A stretch of 64,000 bases of DNA from an uncultured bacterium. GTDB lineage: Bacteria; Patescibacteriota; Saccharimonadia; UBA4664. The stretch lies in NCBI GenBank assembly GCA_963720265.1, contig CAVRET010000001.1, forward strand, positions 325,916 to 389,915, given 5' to 3'. Shown piece by piece: positions 1 to 9,820 of this stretch. Numbering within the stretch: position 1 is the first letter of the stretch; the number at the start of each line of letters is the position of its first letter. The notes beneath the pieces are model-generated. The model did not search any database and was not told the DNA's origin. It was given only the letters and a program-made list of their open reading frames with translations. The translations under genes and the position numbers were made by a program.

Positions 1-220
1 CAAGCTGGATGACACCTTTGGTACTGGTTGTGGCATCACTGGATGACGGCGGTGTGGCCCAGCTGCCGTCACCGCGCAGAAAAACGCTGTTTGTGGCTGA
101 GCCACTACCAAGTTCTGAGGTTTTAACCGTGCCGTCGCTATTGTGAGCGACGGACAAAAAGTCGTTGAGGATATTACCCCAAGTACCGTCGTCTGAGCCC
201 GGAGTTGGCAGTCTCGACAT
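1..220 (-). CDS. 5' part of a tailspike/fibre-like protein, paralog of 17654..19642 (runs off the window edge)
   Basis: Manual translation from ATG at 220: MSRLPTPGSDDGTWGNILNDFLSVAHNSDGTVK...DATTSTKGVIQL, matching MSRLPTPGGDDGSWGNVLNDFLGVELNTDGTLK...DATTSSKGIIEL at 17654. Not in the ORF track. Confidence 0.85.
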   Translation of the reverse strand, partial: MSRLPTPGSDDGTWGNILNDFLSVAHNSDGTVKTSELGSGSATNSVFLRGDGSWATPPSSSDATTSTKGVIQL

Positions 221-302
221 AAATTAGCTCACACTCACTATCATGCTTGTGTTCAGTTTAGCATGCCGCAAGCTGGGCGATAATTGCGTTGGTCGCGAAA
301 CG

Positions 303-335
303 GTGAGCGCCCGGGGATCGCCCGGGCGGTCTCAC
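303..335 (-). terminator. GC-rich imperfect hairpin after the 354..2144 gene
   Basis: gtgagcgcccggg-gatcg-cccgggcg(gt)ctcac inverted repeat about 20 nt past the stop. Confidence 0.5.
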
Positions 336-353
336 CATTTCGCAGGTGGCGCC

Positions 354-2144
354 TTAGCTTAGGCAGCCGACGCGCCACCTGAGGCACCGGTAGAGGTTGA
401 GGAACCCGAGGGCGTCGAAGGTAGTCTCCGAGTTAGTCGCGATTATCCCGTTGTACTCAAGTGGTGTTAGACTCGAGTGCTTGAGCTTCAGGGCAATCGC
501 TATCACGAGTCCAGGGGTGGTGGGATTCGTGAACTTGAACCCGGGTATCCACGACTCGAGGAATCCGCCGGCCTGTCCGGGCCGGGTGTAGGTTACCCCC
601 GTGTCGGCGTGGATTTTTCCGTTCGCGCCAATCTGGGTAGCGACTATCGCTGCGGCTGCGGCGCCGGCAAACTGGCGGGCCAGCGCGGCGACTTGCGGCG
701 ACAGCTGCTTGTAGTAGACGTAGCCGAGTTGGGCCTCGAGTGCACCAAATACCGAGGTCCTAATACTGCTCAGCTCACCACAATTAAACGGCTCGCATTT
801 GGGCACGCCGTAACCGGTTCGGTTGAACTGGCCCTGCAGGTGCCAGGCGATTTGAGCCGGCGTACCACCCTGCAGGAAATCGCCGATGATCGGCCAGTCC
901 TGACCGCCGGGTATCGGGTAGTTGACGTCATGGTGCTTCATGAGTACCGTTAGCGCCATCCATCCCTGCAGGAACGGATCGAGCTCTCCGGTCTCGATGT
1001 ACAGACCCTCGAACAAGCATACCTTAGAGTGGTATGCATAGGCATACTGGTTCGAGGCTGCGATGTGTTGGCAGTCCGGGTAGGCCTTGGGGTTAATCGG
1101 CATGTCGTCCGGCAGGTTGCTGACGTTGGTAACGAACAGCGGCGCCCGCAGGTCGAATCCCGGCTCGTAGTTGTTGGCGCGCATGAAGTTGGCCAACCGT
1201 GCGGCCCAGGCCGGCATCTTACCGTACCCGTTCCAGTAGAGGTAGGCCTCCTGGGTGGCGTGTCTCACCGTAAACCGCAGCGACTTCAGTAGGTATTGAC
1301 TGCTGTCGTTGAAGGTGAACGGTCCCAGGCCGGCGTTGCTTCCTGAGGCGAGTGGCTCTAGGAATTGCTTGTCGAGATAGAGCTTGGCACTTTCCTTGAC
1401 GCTGAGCGGCTGGACTTGCAACTGCCACTGGGTCTTGGTGTAGGCCCAATTGACGGTTATACGTAGGGTGACCGCATTCTGCATGGCAGGCGACGAAAAG
1501 CTGACCGTGTAGTAGTCATGCGTCGCGTCGAAGCTGTCGTCCGTGAGGCTCGAGGCCGGGTAGTCCGTGTCTGGAATTTTCTCGTCCTGGCCGAGCAGCG
1601 TCCAGGTTCCCTCCGTTACGAACATGAGTCGCAGCGGCAGGGCCGAGAACTCGCTCTGAACGGCCTGCTGGTTCGGCAGCAGTTTGAGCAGAGCCTTGGC
1701 GAACTGGTTGCCTCCCGTGATTGCATCATCGACCGCCTTGAGCGGCGGAGGTTTGAGCATCGGTGCGGCAGCGCTGTTGTTGCCCCAGTCGCGCACTACG
1801 ACTGCGCCCAAGGGTATCCCGCCGAAGATAGTTGCCAGCGGCATGATGATGGTGACAGCGTAGCGCCAGCGGCGGAAGATCCCGCCTACGGTTCGCCGGA
1901 ACCTTCTTTGCTTGCGCAGTCCTTCAATCCTGGGCAGCGTACCGGTCGCGGTGTGACCAGGTAGTTCGCGTCGAAGTCGCCTTGGCGGCTCACCCGGGCG
2001 TCGTCTCCTCGGAAACCAGCCTGTGCGCTGCCTGGGGCCTTCTCGGCGGCCTCTTCGTAGCCGTCCTCTTACCATCGTGGCTCCTGGACTGTTAAGTTGC
2101 GGGTTCCTGACCGGCAGTGTCGGACGATGCTGGCGGGTCGCCAT
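354..2144 (-). CDS. Hypothetical membrane-anchored/exported protein (true start possibly ATG 2075)
   Basis: 596-aa ORF; Arg-rich N-terminus, then one hydrophobic segment (YAVTIIMPLATIFGGIPLGAVVV) and a large Cys-containing extracytoplasmic part. Confidence 0.7.
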   Translation of the reverse strand: MATRQHRPTLPVRNPQLNSPGATMVRGRLRRGRREGPRQRTGWFPRRRRPGEPPRRLRRELPGHTATGTLPRIEGLRKQRRFRRTVGGIFRRWRYAVTIIMPLATIFGGIPLGAVVVRDWGNNSAAAPMLKPPPLKAVDDAITGGNQFAKALLKLLPNQQAVQSEFSALPLRLMFVTEGTWTLLGQDEKIPDTDYPASSLTDDSFDATHDYYTVSFSSPAMQNAVTLRITVNWAYTKTQWQLQVQPLSVKESAKLYLDKQFLEPLASGSNAGLGPFTFNDSSQYLLKSLRFTVRHATQEAYLYWNGYGKMPAWAARLANFMRANNYEPGFDLRAPLFVTNVSNLPDDMPINPKAYPDCQHIAASNQYAYAYHSKVCLFEGLYIETGELDPFLQGWMALTVLMKHHDVNYPIPGGQDWPIIGDFLQGGTPAQIAWHLQGQFNRTGYGVPKCEPFNCGELSSIRTSVFGALEAQLGYVYYKQLSPQVAALARQFAGAAAAAIVATQIGANGKIHADTGVTYTRPGQAGGFLESWIPGFKFTNPTTPGLVIAIALKLKHSSLTPLEYNGIIATNSETTFDALGFLNLYRCLRWRVGCLS

Positions 2145-2460
2145 TCGGACTTTGCCCGTTGGCGCGTTTCGTTGCCCTGTGACTCCAGAGGATGGCGAAT
2201 ATTACGCCGAGGACGGCTCCCGCCCATAGGGCCACGTTGCTGAGATAGAACGCGGTGTGGGGCCCGCTGTAGGTTTGGATGCCGCCGGTCTGCGTGACAC
2301 CGATTTCGCCGGCTGCGGCAATGGCGAAACAAGCCAACGTGAGGGTCCCAGAGTGGCGGTACAACCAGCTGAGCGTGCGCCTAACACTCCGGCGCGGTGG
2401 CCTGGGCGGCCGCGCCCGATCACCCGGGGCCATTGCGGACCTCGGTGGTGTGACTGGCAT
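2092..2460 (-). CDS. Small two-TM membrane protein
   Basis: 122 aa with two hydrophobic segments; AGGAGG Shine-Dalgarno upstream of the ATG. Confidence 0.6.
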   Translation of the reverse strand: MPVTPPRSAMAPGDRARPPRPPRRSVRRTLSWLYRHSGTLTLACFAIAAAGEIGVTQTGGIQTYSGPHTAFYLSNVALWAGAVLGVIFAILWSHRATKRANGQSPNGDPPASSDTAGQEPAT

Positions 2461-2564
2461 GGATTTCTCCCTCCTAGTGCCAGATGGGAACGCGCTTGTA
2501 GTTTGAAATATAATGATTTATATGTCAATACGTAACGATGCGAGCGCCAGGACTTTTGTTCGGT

Positions 2565-4040
2565 TTACTGCGGGCGGCGGGTGCGCCGCCAACGGGCGCT
2601 GAGGCGGTCGTACCACGTTTGACGGGGTTGCTCTGGTGTGCCGTGATCTGCATCCTCGGGACCGACTTGTGCCTGCGATATGAATGGTTGCGGCGCGGCT
2701 GGCTCGGGCGAAGCCGGCTGAACAAGCTTAGCCGGCCCAGCGGATGTCAAAAGATCGGTGCGCTCAGTGTCCACTCCCCTGGTCCTGGCCCCTTGCTCGG
2801 CCATAGTACTAGGCTGACCTCGTAGCGGTAACCCGGCTCCTGTAAATCCGGGAGTGGCCGGCGCCTCCGCGGCCTCTGGTGGCAGTCTGGGGGCCGGTAC
2901 TGGCGGTACTGCTTCTGCTCCTCGCGTAGTATCAGTATGTGACGCTTCCGTTGAGGCTGGGCGTCGGCCATACGTGCCGTCACGGACGCCGTTTGCGACT
3001 TGTTTCCATTCAGCTTCGCTTCTCACGCTCACGTCGTGCCGGTAGGGAGGTGCGAAATCTGCCACGTTGTCGATATCATTGAAACGTTGTCGTTGGCTGC
3101 CGGTAGTTATCGTCTGGGGATATCTTTCGGAGGGGGGTACTGGCTTTGGAGCCGGCCTGTGCTGCTCGGGCGAGGTTTCTTGCAACTCCCCTTGCGTGCT
3201 GATACCAGGGTCGTCATGGTGCACTTCATGTACTTCGGCGTCGACGGGAGCAACGATGGCGTCATACTGCTGCTTGCCTCTGACTCTGGCTTCGGCGGTT
3301 CTGGCTTCAATTTCTGCTCGATGTTGCTCATCATCCGTTTGTGTAGCTTGGCCGTCGACGTTGGCGTCATGGCTTTCGGCGAGCGCGTGGCGGGCTTGAT
3401 GATAGGCTTTGTTGTACTTCTTTTGCCACTCCGTATTGGGATTACCGAACTGGGCGGGGTGGCGATAAAGTGCGTCGCGCTTGGAGAAGCCATACTTACC
3501 GTCCATATCTGTTGGTGGCACTTCGGGAATCGGGGCGGGGGCAACGGGTTCAACATTGGCCTCGGCCTCTACTTGTACCTGTATGGCTCGATAAACAGCT
3601 TCCCGGGCGGCATCAATCGTGGTCGCATCTCCGCCCAGCTTGGCTTCTGAAAAATCGGCTTGGGCGGCGCGCACGTCATCGTTGCCCGGCATATGCAACA
3701 AATAGTCGTCGCTCTTGAGCTGTTCAATTGCCTCTCTGGCGGCTGCTAATTGGTGCTCGCCAAGCAGCCCGATCAGTGCGTCACGCGCCTCAATTTTGGC
3801 CAGTGGGTCGTCTCCGGCCTTGGCTGCTCGTAGGAGCTCCTGAGCGGCGACAATGGTTTCATCTCCTGTGGCCTCCAGTAGTACCTTGTCAACTTGCTCA
3901 AACTCTCTTTCAACATTGGAAAAGTCAAAATCTTGCCCGTCGCGCCGGTGTTTGGCAGTGTGGTGGTGGTCTGCCTCGTCCGCACTTGGGCCTGGGCCGT
4001 GAATTGTTTCAGTCATGCCTGATCCCCTCTTGTTAAGCAT
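2565..4040 (-). CDS. Hypothetical protein: helical N-half, Pro/Ala/Glu-rich disordered C-half, basic C-terminus (alternative start 4016)
   Basis: 491-aa ORF; TGnTATACT extended -10-like motif immediately upstream. Confidence 0.7.
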   Translation of the reverse strand: MLNKRGSGMTETIHGPGPSADEADHHHTAKHRRDGQDFDFSNVEREFEQVDKVLLEATGDETIVAAQELLRAAKAGDDPLAKIEARDALIGLLGEHQLAAAREAIEQLKSDDYLLHMPGNDDVRAAQADFSEAKLGGDATTIDAAREAVYRAIQVQVEAEANVEPVAPAPIPEVPPTDMDGKYGFSKRDALYRHPAQFGNPNTEWQKKYNKAYHQARHALAESHDANVDGQATQTDDEQHRAEIEARTAEARVRGKQQYDAIVAPVDAEVHEVHHDDPGISTQGELQETSPEQHRPAPKPVPPSERYPQTITTGSQRQRFNDIDNVADFAPPYRHDVSVRSEAEWKQVANGVRDGTYGRRPASTEASHTDTTRGAEAVPPVPAPRLPPEAAEAPATPGFTGAGLPLRGQPSTMAEQGARTRGVDTERTDLLTSAGPAKLVQPASPEPAAPQPFISQAQVGPEDADHGTPEQPRQTWYDRLSARWRRTRRPQ

Positions 4041-4065
4041 AAGTATAACACTAGCGGCGTGTCAT

Positions 4066-5202
4066 CTAGAAAAGCGGCGGCCGCTCTCCCTGCCCTTGCA
4101 ATTGGTTACCGCCAGTACTCGAGTTGTCAAAAAATAATGGCGGGTTCAAATAGAGCGCTGGGTTCATAATAATGACCTCACCCGACGCGGCCGGGGGTGG
4201 GGGTGTCGGCGACGGCGATGGTGACGGCGATGGTGACGGTGTGGGGACTGGTGTCGGTGACGGTGTTGGTGCCGGCGTCGGCGAGGGTGTCGGCGGCGGT
4301 GCGACTGCCGCAAAGCTGTCAGTATTCCCGCAGCGCCGGTTGATTACGATTTGACCGGACGGGACGTTAAAAACGATGGAATGCCTAGCTTGGGCGGCTT
4401 CCTCTCGCATTTCTTCGTCGTGGTCCCAGTCGACTGAAGAAGTATTGGTATGAGTTTGAAGGGAAACTGATGCCGGTGCAGCCACGTCCCACTGAACTTC
4501 GTGATTAGCGTCAGCTTGCAGTACTTCCTGTGACCAGGTACTAAATTCATTGCGCGCATCCTCGATCCCAGCCTGTACGTTATTATATGGTCCGGTGCTG
4601 GCGTTAACTTGGCTGGCGAACAGATTGCCGACATCGTAGGTCGTGTACGGCCCGCCGACCATGGTGAGCACGATCCACGATGCCCCGAGGATTCTGCCGT
4701 CGTAATACTGGCAGGCATCATAATTTGGAATAGATTCTGATGGTTGGACGAACTCTGCATCAAAGTTGCAACCCGCTTGGGTGTAGTTCAAGTAATCGCC
4801 AATGAAATTTACGAATGCCTGGGCAGAGCCGGCTTGCCCCTCTGTGGTATCAGGAAATGCCCACTTATCTAGTCCATCCGAGCCGAGTGGATCGACGTAA
4901 TCCCATAGCCCGCACTCAGATGGTCCCGTAATGTCGGCGTCAGTATTTTGGAAAGCGGCACATTCGTTTCCGGCATTGGGGGCTCCGGCGTTGGCAAAAA
5001 CCCCGGTCGATCCGTAGCCGCCATTCGTAATACTTGCGCCAAAGTCGATTCCGGAAAAATAAGCCTGATTCAAACATCGACCGTCGAGAGATGTCGGGTA
5101 GGTTGTGCAATCTTTCGCCGCGCTAGCGCTCGGCCAACCATATCCGAGGGGCGATAGGTCGAATAAAAGAGCTAACATCATACACGCAAATATTCGTTTC
5201 AC
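4066..5202 (-). CDS. Secreted surface protein with Pro/Thr/Ser linker and C-terminal ...ERPPLF tail; paralog of the N-domain of 5843..7801
   Basis: Signal peptide; shared motifs with the 652-aa ORF (GAxxIxxxMxG, WxQxVxxxDAxxxVxWDVAA, SIVF...RxCGN). Confidence 0.8.
   Translation of the reverse strand: MKRIFACMMLALLFDLSPLGYGWPSASAAKDCTTYPTSLDGRCLNQAYFSGIDFGASITNGGYGSTGVFANAGAPNAGNECAAFQNTDADITGPSECGLWDYVDPLGSDGLDKWAFPDTTEGQAGSAQAFVNFIGDYLNYTQAGCNFDAEFVQPSESIPNYDACQYYDGRILGASWIVLTMVGGPYTTYDVGNLFASQVNASTGPYNNVQAGIEDARNEFSTWSQEVLQADANHEVQWDVAAPASVSLQTHTNTSSVDWDHDEEMREEAAQARHSIVFNVPSGQIVINRRCGNTDSFAAVAPPPTPSPTPAPTPSPTPVPTPSPSPSPSPSPTPPPPAASGEVIIMNPALYLNPPLFFDNSSTGGNQLQGQGERPPLF
4194..4302. repeat. 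Coding low-complexity repeat encoding the (PT/PS)n linker
   Basis: Iterated gacggcgatggt / ggtgtcggc units encoding PPPTPSPTPAPTPSPTPVPTPSPSPSPSPSPTPPP. Confidence 0.8.
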
Positions 5203-5726
5203 GGTTGACCTTCCAGATTTTTAATGGTGGCGTTAAGGTCATCAATGTCGCCGGACTCGGCCGGGTTCGCTTGCGCTATTTTTAAAGCGTTTTTGAAATA
5301 TTGGAGCGCCAAAGTGTTATTGCCTTCGGCGGCCTCCGTTTGGCCGATAGTCTCCGCGTCAAATTCGGTCAGGTGGCCACCGTCGTCAGCGACGGCCTGC
5401 TGGTAGTATTGAACCGCTTTAGCATTATTATGATCATCGACTGCCAGATTGCCTAGCAGTACAAGCGGTTTGTAACGGTCCTGCTTGGGAGGATTTGTAG
5501 CTAGATAATTTTTTAGCGTGCTGGCTTCGTCTGTATAGTTTAGTTCTTGGTCCAGGTAGTCAGCCTGCGACATCACCGAATTATATTGATCTGGCGCGGA
5601 AGTACTCTGGTTTATATAGTTGAATGTCAGCCATCCGCCGGCACCAATCGCTAAAATGACGCACAAGACAACGACAAATGTCCAATTTGGAATAAATCTT
5701 CTTTTGTGATCGTCATCTAGCCGCAT
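5199..5726 (-). CDS. Membrane-anchored TPR protein
   Basis: N-terminal TM then TPR-like helices (LGNLAVDDHNNAKAVQYYQQAV; GNNTLALQYFKNAL); ATG 5726 preferred; 4-nt overlap with the downstream gene. Confidence 0.75.
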   Translation of the reverse strand: MRLDDDHKRRFIPNWTFVVVLCVILAIGAGGWLTFNYINQSTSAPDQYNSVMSQADYLDQELNYTDEASTLKNYLATNPPKQDRYKPLVLLGNLAVDDHNNAKAVQYYQQAVADDGGHLTEFDAETIGQTEAAEGNNTLALQYFKNALKIAQANPAESGDIDDLNATIKNLEGQP

Positions 5727-5842
5727 TGGATAGCCTTTGGCGTTACCACACGAAGTCCTGCACTGCACCCTAATAGTATAGTGTTAATGCTTGTCGGCCG
5801 CTGCGTCGCAACTGATTGTATCTTAATCCTAGCCACGGCTCG

Positions 5843-7801
5843 TTACGATCCTAACCTATGCAAAAGGATATTTGGCGCCATGAGGAAGCCGTAGACGGTC
5901 AGTGTGTTATCGCACTGCGGCGGCATAGGCGGGGAGGCAGTGTAACAGGTATCAATGGTGTTATCGCTAAACAGCATTGCATCCACCTGTGTTGCCGGAT
6001 CATTAATGTCGATTGATCCGCCGGCGAGTATGCCTAGCGACGGCAAAGTCGACAAATCAGCGCCGCTGGCGCTACCGGAGACGTTTATGTTCCCGGAAAT
6101 CGTTACGTCGCCGTTTACGACTATCGTTAACGGGAGGTTTTGCGAGTACGTTCCTTGAAGGTTCACCGGGCCTTGAATATACGCCACGGCTTTACCGTTG
6201 ACTAACGTGACGTTTGGCGCGCTGTTGAAATCGGTGCCAAGATCGTACGTCCCGCTGGCCATCCAGCTGGCCCCTGTCGGCATATTAGTCTGGGCATAGT
6301 TATACAAATCCGGCCGGCACACCGTGGAGTAACCGCCGTTTGGCCCTGCGTTCCCCAGGTCCAGGGAGCTGTCACCGGCAATGCCGTTTGAGCCAATATT
6401 ATTGATTAAGCCTGACGCCGATACGACGTACTGACCGTATGATTCGGCGTTGGAGTTGGTATTTATATACCCCGAGGCGTCTTGCGGTCCGCCGCAGACT
6501 CCGCCCCCGGCGTGGATATCGCTGCCCATGCCAACCACTGACGGATAGCGCACCGACGAGATGGTGAATGTCACGGTGGTATGCAGAATGGTGCCGTTTT
6601 GATCTGCAGGATAGTAGTAGACGTCGAACGTGATTGTCCCGGTGGACGCTGAAGCCGGTACTAAAAAGGAAAGTTCAGTGGTACTTAACGTGCCGTTTGG
6701 AAACGGAATGGTAGCCCAGCACCAATTGGGCTTGGTTGGCTTAGGAGGGATGGCCGATGTCTGAGAAAAGTTATACTGGCCGCCTCCATACGACAATGGC
6801 TGCATATTAGGATCTGAACAGGTGGTGGCACACGGTGCAGTGACCCCTGAGGCCGGCAAATCCACTTCCAGTTCACCGGCATCAGAGGGGTCGGGCCCAT
6901 TGTTTTGCAGAGCTAGATCAATGGTGCCGTTTTGTCCGGGTGCTAGCGTGGGATTAACCGCGGTGGCAGTTAAGTTCATGCTGTAGCCGGTCGGCGCCAA
7001 CGGTTCGAACGCGCCGGCTATATTGCCGCATTGGCGGGCGATTCGAAAATAACTGCCGTCGGGATTCGAAAACACAATAGAATCAAATGTGTATAAGTGA
7101 CCATCCGAGCGCCATGCGACATCTTTTGCATCACCCGGGTCAGCTTGTCCAGGGGGGTCGGTGATGCAGGTGGTTTGCCCCGAGTAGCACACATGTGCGG
7201 TATCAGGTGAGCCCGCTGGGTAGGGTTGGGCCGCTACGTCCCAGTTGACTTTGCCCGCAGCATCATAAGCATTAACGTCCTGTTCCCATTGGGTCAGATG
7301 CTGCTGCGCGTAGGCGACCCCGGCATGCCAGTCGCAAGTCGTCGTGGTGGCGCTACCTGTGTACCACTCGCACAGTCCAGGTCCTGTCTCGCCCAGCATG
7401 GCATCAATAATGAAGCCAGCACCGACGGCACCGTAGTAGTACTGGGTGTCATTATCCGATTGGGACAGGTAAGTCGATAGCTCGTTTTCAAATGAGGCAG
7501 CGGTCGTGTTAGTGGGAAAATCACTGGTGGTGCACGTCGGACACGGCGGGAGTACCCCGTTGCCCGGCACGGCATCGGCATAGGCGCCGTAACTATAAAA
7601 ATTTTGATTCGTAAAGTAGCCGTCGCAGCCTTGTCGGCCCAGTATGGTAAATCCGCAATAAAAGCCATAGTTTGCGCCGGTGGGGGCGGGGTCGGCTTTG
7701 GCGGTTTTTGGCATCAACGCAGCAGATAGGACCGTGAGCGTTACGGTAACGATAAGTAGCCCAAGTGCGTACCAGTGGCGATGTTTAAGCTTCGACGTCA
7801 T
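5843..7801 (-). CDS. Large secreted surface protein (Cys-rich N-domain, Ig-like domain, C-terminal beta-solenoid-like region), apparently lacking its C-terminal tail
   Basis: 652 aa; signal/TM segment; Ig-like LAPGQNGTIDLALQNNGP; C-terminal IVVNGDVTISGNI...QVDAMLFS...TIDTC...CDNTLTVYG. Confidence 0.8.
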   Translation of the reverse strand: MTSKLKHRHWYALGLLIVTVTLTVLSAALMPKTAKADPAPTGANYGFYCGFTILGRQGCDGYFTNQNFYSYGAYADAVPGNGVLPPCPTCTTSDFPTNTTAASFENELSTYLSQSDNDTQYYYGAVGAGFIIDAMLGETGPGLCEWYTGSATTTTCDWHAGVAYAQQHLTQWEQDVNAYDAAGKVNWDVAAQPYPAGSPDTAHVCYSGQTTCITDPPGQADPGDAKDVAWRSDGHLYTFDSIVFSNPDGSYFRIARQCGNIAGAFEPLAPTGYSMNLTATAVNPTLAPGQNGTIDLALQNNGPDPSDAGELEVDLPASGVTAPCATTCSDPNMQPLSYGGGQYNFSQTSAIPPKPTKPNWCWATIPFPNGTLSTTELSFLVPASASTGTITFDVYYYPADQNGTILHTTVTFTISSVRYPSVVGMGSDIHAGGGVCGGPQDASGYINTNSNAESYGQYVVSASGLINNIGSNGIAGDSSLDLGNAGPNGGYSTVCRPDLYNYAQTNMPTGASWMASGTYDLGTDFNSAPNVTLVNGKAVAYIQGPVNLQGTYSQNLPLTIVVNGDVTISGNINVSGSASGADLSTLPSLGILAGGSIDINDPATQVDAMLFSDNTIDTCYTASPPMPPQCDNTLTVYGFLMAPNILLHRLGS

Positions 7802-8346
7802 AGGTCTACCGGCTCATTAGTTTGGATTGCGTGGATATACTGCTCGTATTGTTGCGGCGTTCCGCCCAGCGGATCAGCTCCTTTGGCAGATGAAATGGTT
7901 ACAAGTTGCTGCAAGAGTGGAATCAGCTGCCGGCGTTGTCCGGCGCGATATCCCGCCGAAACTTCACCTTGGAGCGCAGCTTCCTTGACGTCACTATTAT
8001 CGAGTTTGATCGATGTTTGGTAGTCCTGCATGGCCGCCGAATATTGTTTAAGGTTGACGCGCGCACTGGCCCGGTCAAGGTAAACAACGGCAAGCGTCTC
8101 ATTGTTAATCTTGTAGGTCCCGGCTTTCTGCCCATTAATCAGCTGGGTAGCGACATTCTCGGTCGTTTGGAAGTCCACACCATTTGCGTCACTCGTTAGT
8201 TGAGCTTGCAGTTGCTGCTGCTTAGTTACCCTCTGATGAGCTCGCAAGGTAACAATAAATAAGCCGATGCTGGCAATACAGAGCACAAGCAAACCCGCCA
8301 TCAGCCAGCCGGCCACATGGTGACGCCGATAGTCTACTATCGGCAT
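7798..8346 (-). CDS. Membrane-anchored TPR protein
   Basis: N-terminal TM; TPR YLDRASARVNLKQYSAAMQDYQTSIKLD; 4-nt overlap with 5843..7801. Confidence 0.75.
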   Translation of the reverse strand: MPIVDYRRHHVAGWLMAGLLVLCIASIGLFIVTLRAHQRVTKQQQLQAQLTSDANGVDFQTTENVATQLINGQKAGTYKINNETLAVVYLDRASARVNLKQYSAAMQDYQTSIKLDNSDVKEAALQGEVSAGYRAGQRRQLIPLLQQLVTISSAKGADPLGGTPQQYEQYIHAIQTNEPVDL

Positions 8347-8638
8347 GCACGCAACTGATTACTATTGATAATTTTGTACTGCACCCGAGCTCCAGTGCCT
8401 CTTAAGCCACATTTCAAGACTTTATAACACTTATGTTTGACTATAGGGGGAACGGCTTAACTATTCAATAAAAACTGCAGATTTTAGGAGTCGGCGGGCG
8501 AATATCGCCTGTGATTTCTAATGATGAAAGAAGTACAGGCTTAGGTGTGCCGACCCAGCCTAGTAAGCATCAAAGAGCAATTAGGAACGCAGGTTTGAAG
8601 ACTTTCCGCCTTTACGCAGTCTGACACGAGCAGATTGA

Positions 8639-9327
8639 TTACCTGCCGATCTTCTGCCCCGTGGTTGTTTCGGGAACTAATTTGTGGATTTGCTGCTCGA
8701 GTGCTTTCGCTAGCGCTATGTGGCTTCGCTGAAATGAATTCCGTCAGTCCCAGCCTCGGAGACAGTGCTCGCATCAAAGAAGGCGCACTTAGTTGCTTGC
8801 GCGACCCGTTGGATTGGGTCGCCGAGTTTATGGGATTTGGCGGCTGATTCGGCGTTGTAGTAGACGCCGCCGTAGAACTCGTCGAAGTCGCGGGCCTTAT
8901 CGTTTATGTAGATTGGACTGATAAGCAGAATTTCGGGGTGCTGGCCGTCTTTTGTTGCCGAATATTCGTCGATGTCCGAGACAAGACCCTTGATCGCAAC
9001 TGCAATTTCATCAGGCGTGCGGTTGAACTCGATTTTGAGGTCGTTCGTTCCGAGCATTAGCAGCATAATATCAATGGGATTGTTGCTTTGGAGACAAGGC
9101 AATAGGTATGTTTTGCCGTTACGGCCCGGTTTCTTGGTGTACTCAAGATCAGTCGTTCGGCTACTTAGACCTTCTTCGATAACGTACAATTTGTCGCCCA
9201 GAGCTCGTTGGAGCCGTCCGGTCCAGCGGATATTGACCGGATAGCGGCCGGTCTTATCTGGCTTTTGGCCCCACGTATTGGAGTCGCCGTAGCAAAGGAC
9301 AGTTAGCGCATCCGGGTTCGTTGTCAT
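8639..9327 (-). CDS. SGNH/GDSL hydrolase (arylesterase-like), frameshifted near the 3' end (~8724)
   Basis: GDSNTWG, EEGLSSRT, MLGTND and DGIH motifs; ORF stops at 8716, but the expected terminal helix HIALAKALEQQI continues in another frame to 8639. Confidence 0.85.
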
Positions 9328-9734
9328 TTAAGGTAACCAAGTTTCTTGAACAATCGAATTCCGGGCGGCACGTGCTCGTAGTCACCCAAGTCCTCAATTT
9401 TGACCCATTTCAGCTCTTCATTGGGGTTGGTGGGTCTTGGTTCGCCGGAAGCTAGCTCACACATACAATCAAGGTACAGGAAACGCTTTTCCTCACCGTC
9501 GTGGTCTTGCTTTTGGTCCTCGTCCCAGGTGAGCTGCTCGTCAATTTTAACCGTCATATTCCAACGCTCTTTGAGCTCTCGGTTCATCATTTCGACCACT
9601 GACCCCTCTCCCTCCAATCTTCCACCGAATAAGCCCCAAGGCTGTTTGTAAGGGTTTTTGGCTGGATCAAATTTTCTCAGAAGAATCTTGTCATCATCTC
9701 TGATGACCGCGATTGCCATGAGTACAGTTTTCAT
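9324..9734 (-). CDS. NUDIX hydrolase
   Basis: Degenerate Nudix box GGRLEGEGSVVEMMNRELKERWN. Confidence 0.85.
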   Translation of the reverse strand: MKTVLMAIAVIRDDDKILLRKFDPAKNPYKQPWGLFGGRLEGEGSVVEMMNRELKERWNMTVKIDEQLTWDEDQKQDHDGEEKRFLYLDCMCELASGEPRPTNPNEELKWVKIEDLGDYEHVPPGIRLFKKLGYLK

Positions 9735-9820
9735 GGGCTGATTATAGCGATTTCGCTACCCTGTAAGCAAGAAATTACATAATACTCATGCTTTGCACAG
9801 ATTAGCGGACAATTATCAAA

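Noticed and set aside
4194-4302. CRISPR array or VNTR-type element
   Set aside because: In-frame Pro/Thr/Ser linker with no repeat-spacer structure; no CRISPR array or cas genes were seen anywhere in the window.
8639-8730. SGNH hydrolase as a true pseudogene
   Set aside because: It has only a single small indel, and the secY case shows such errors occur in this assembly; undecidable without reads.
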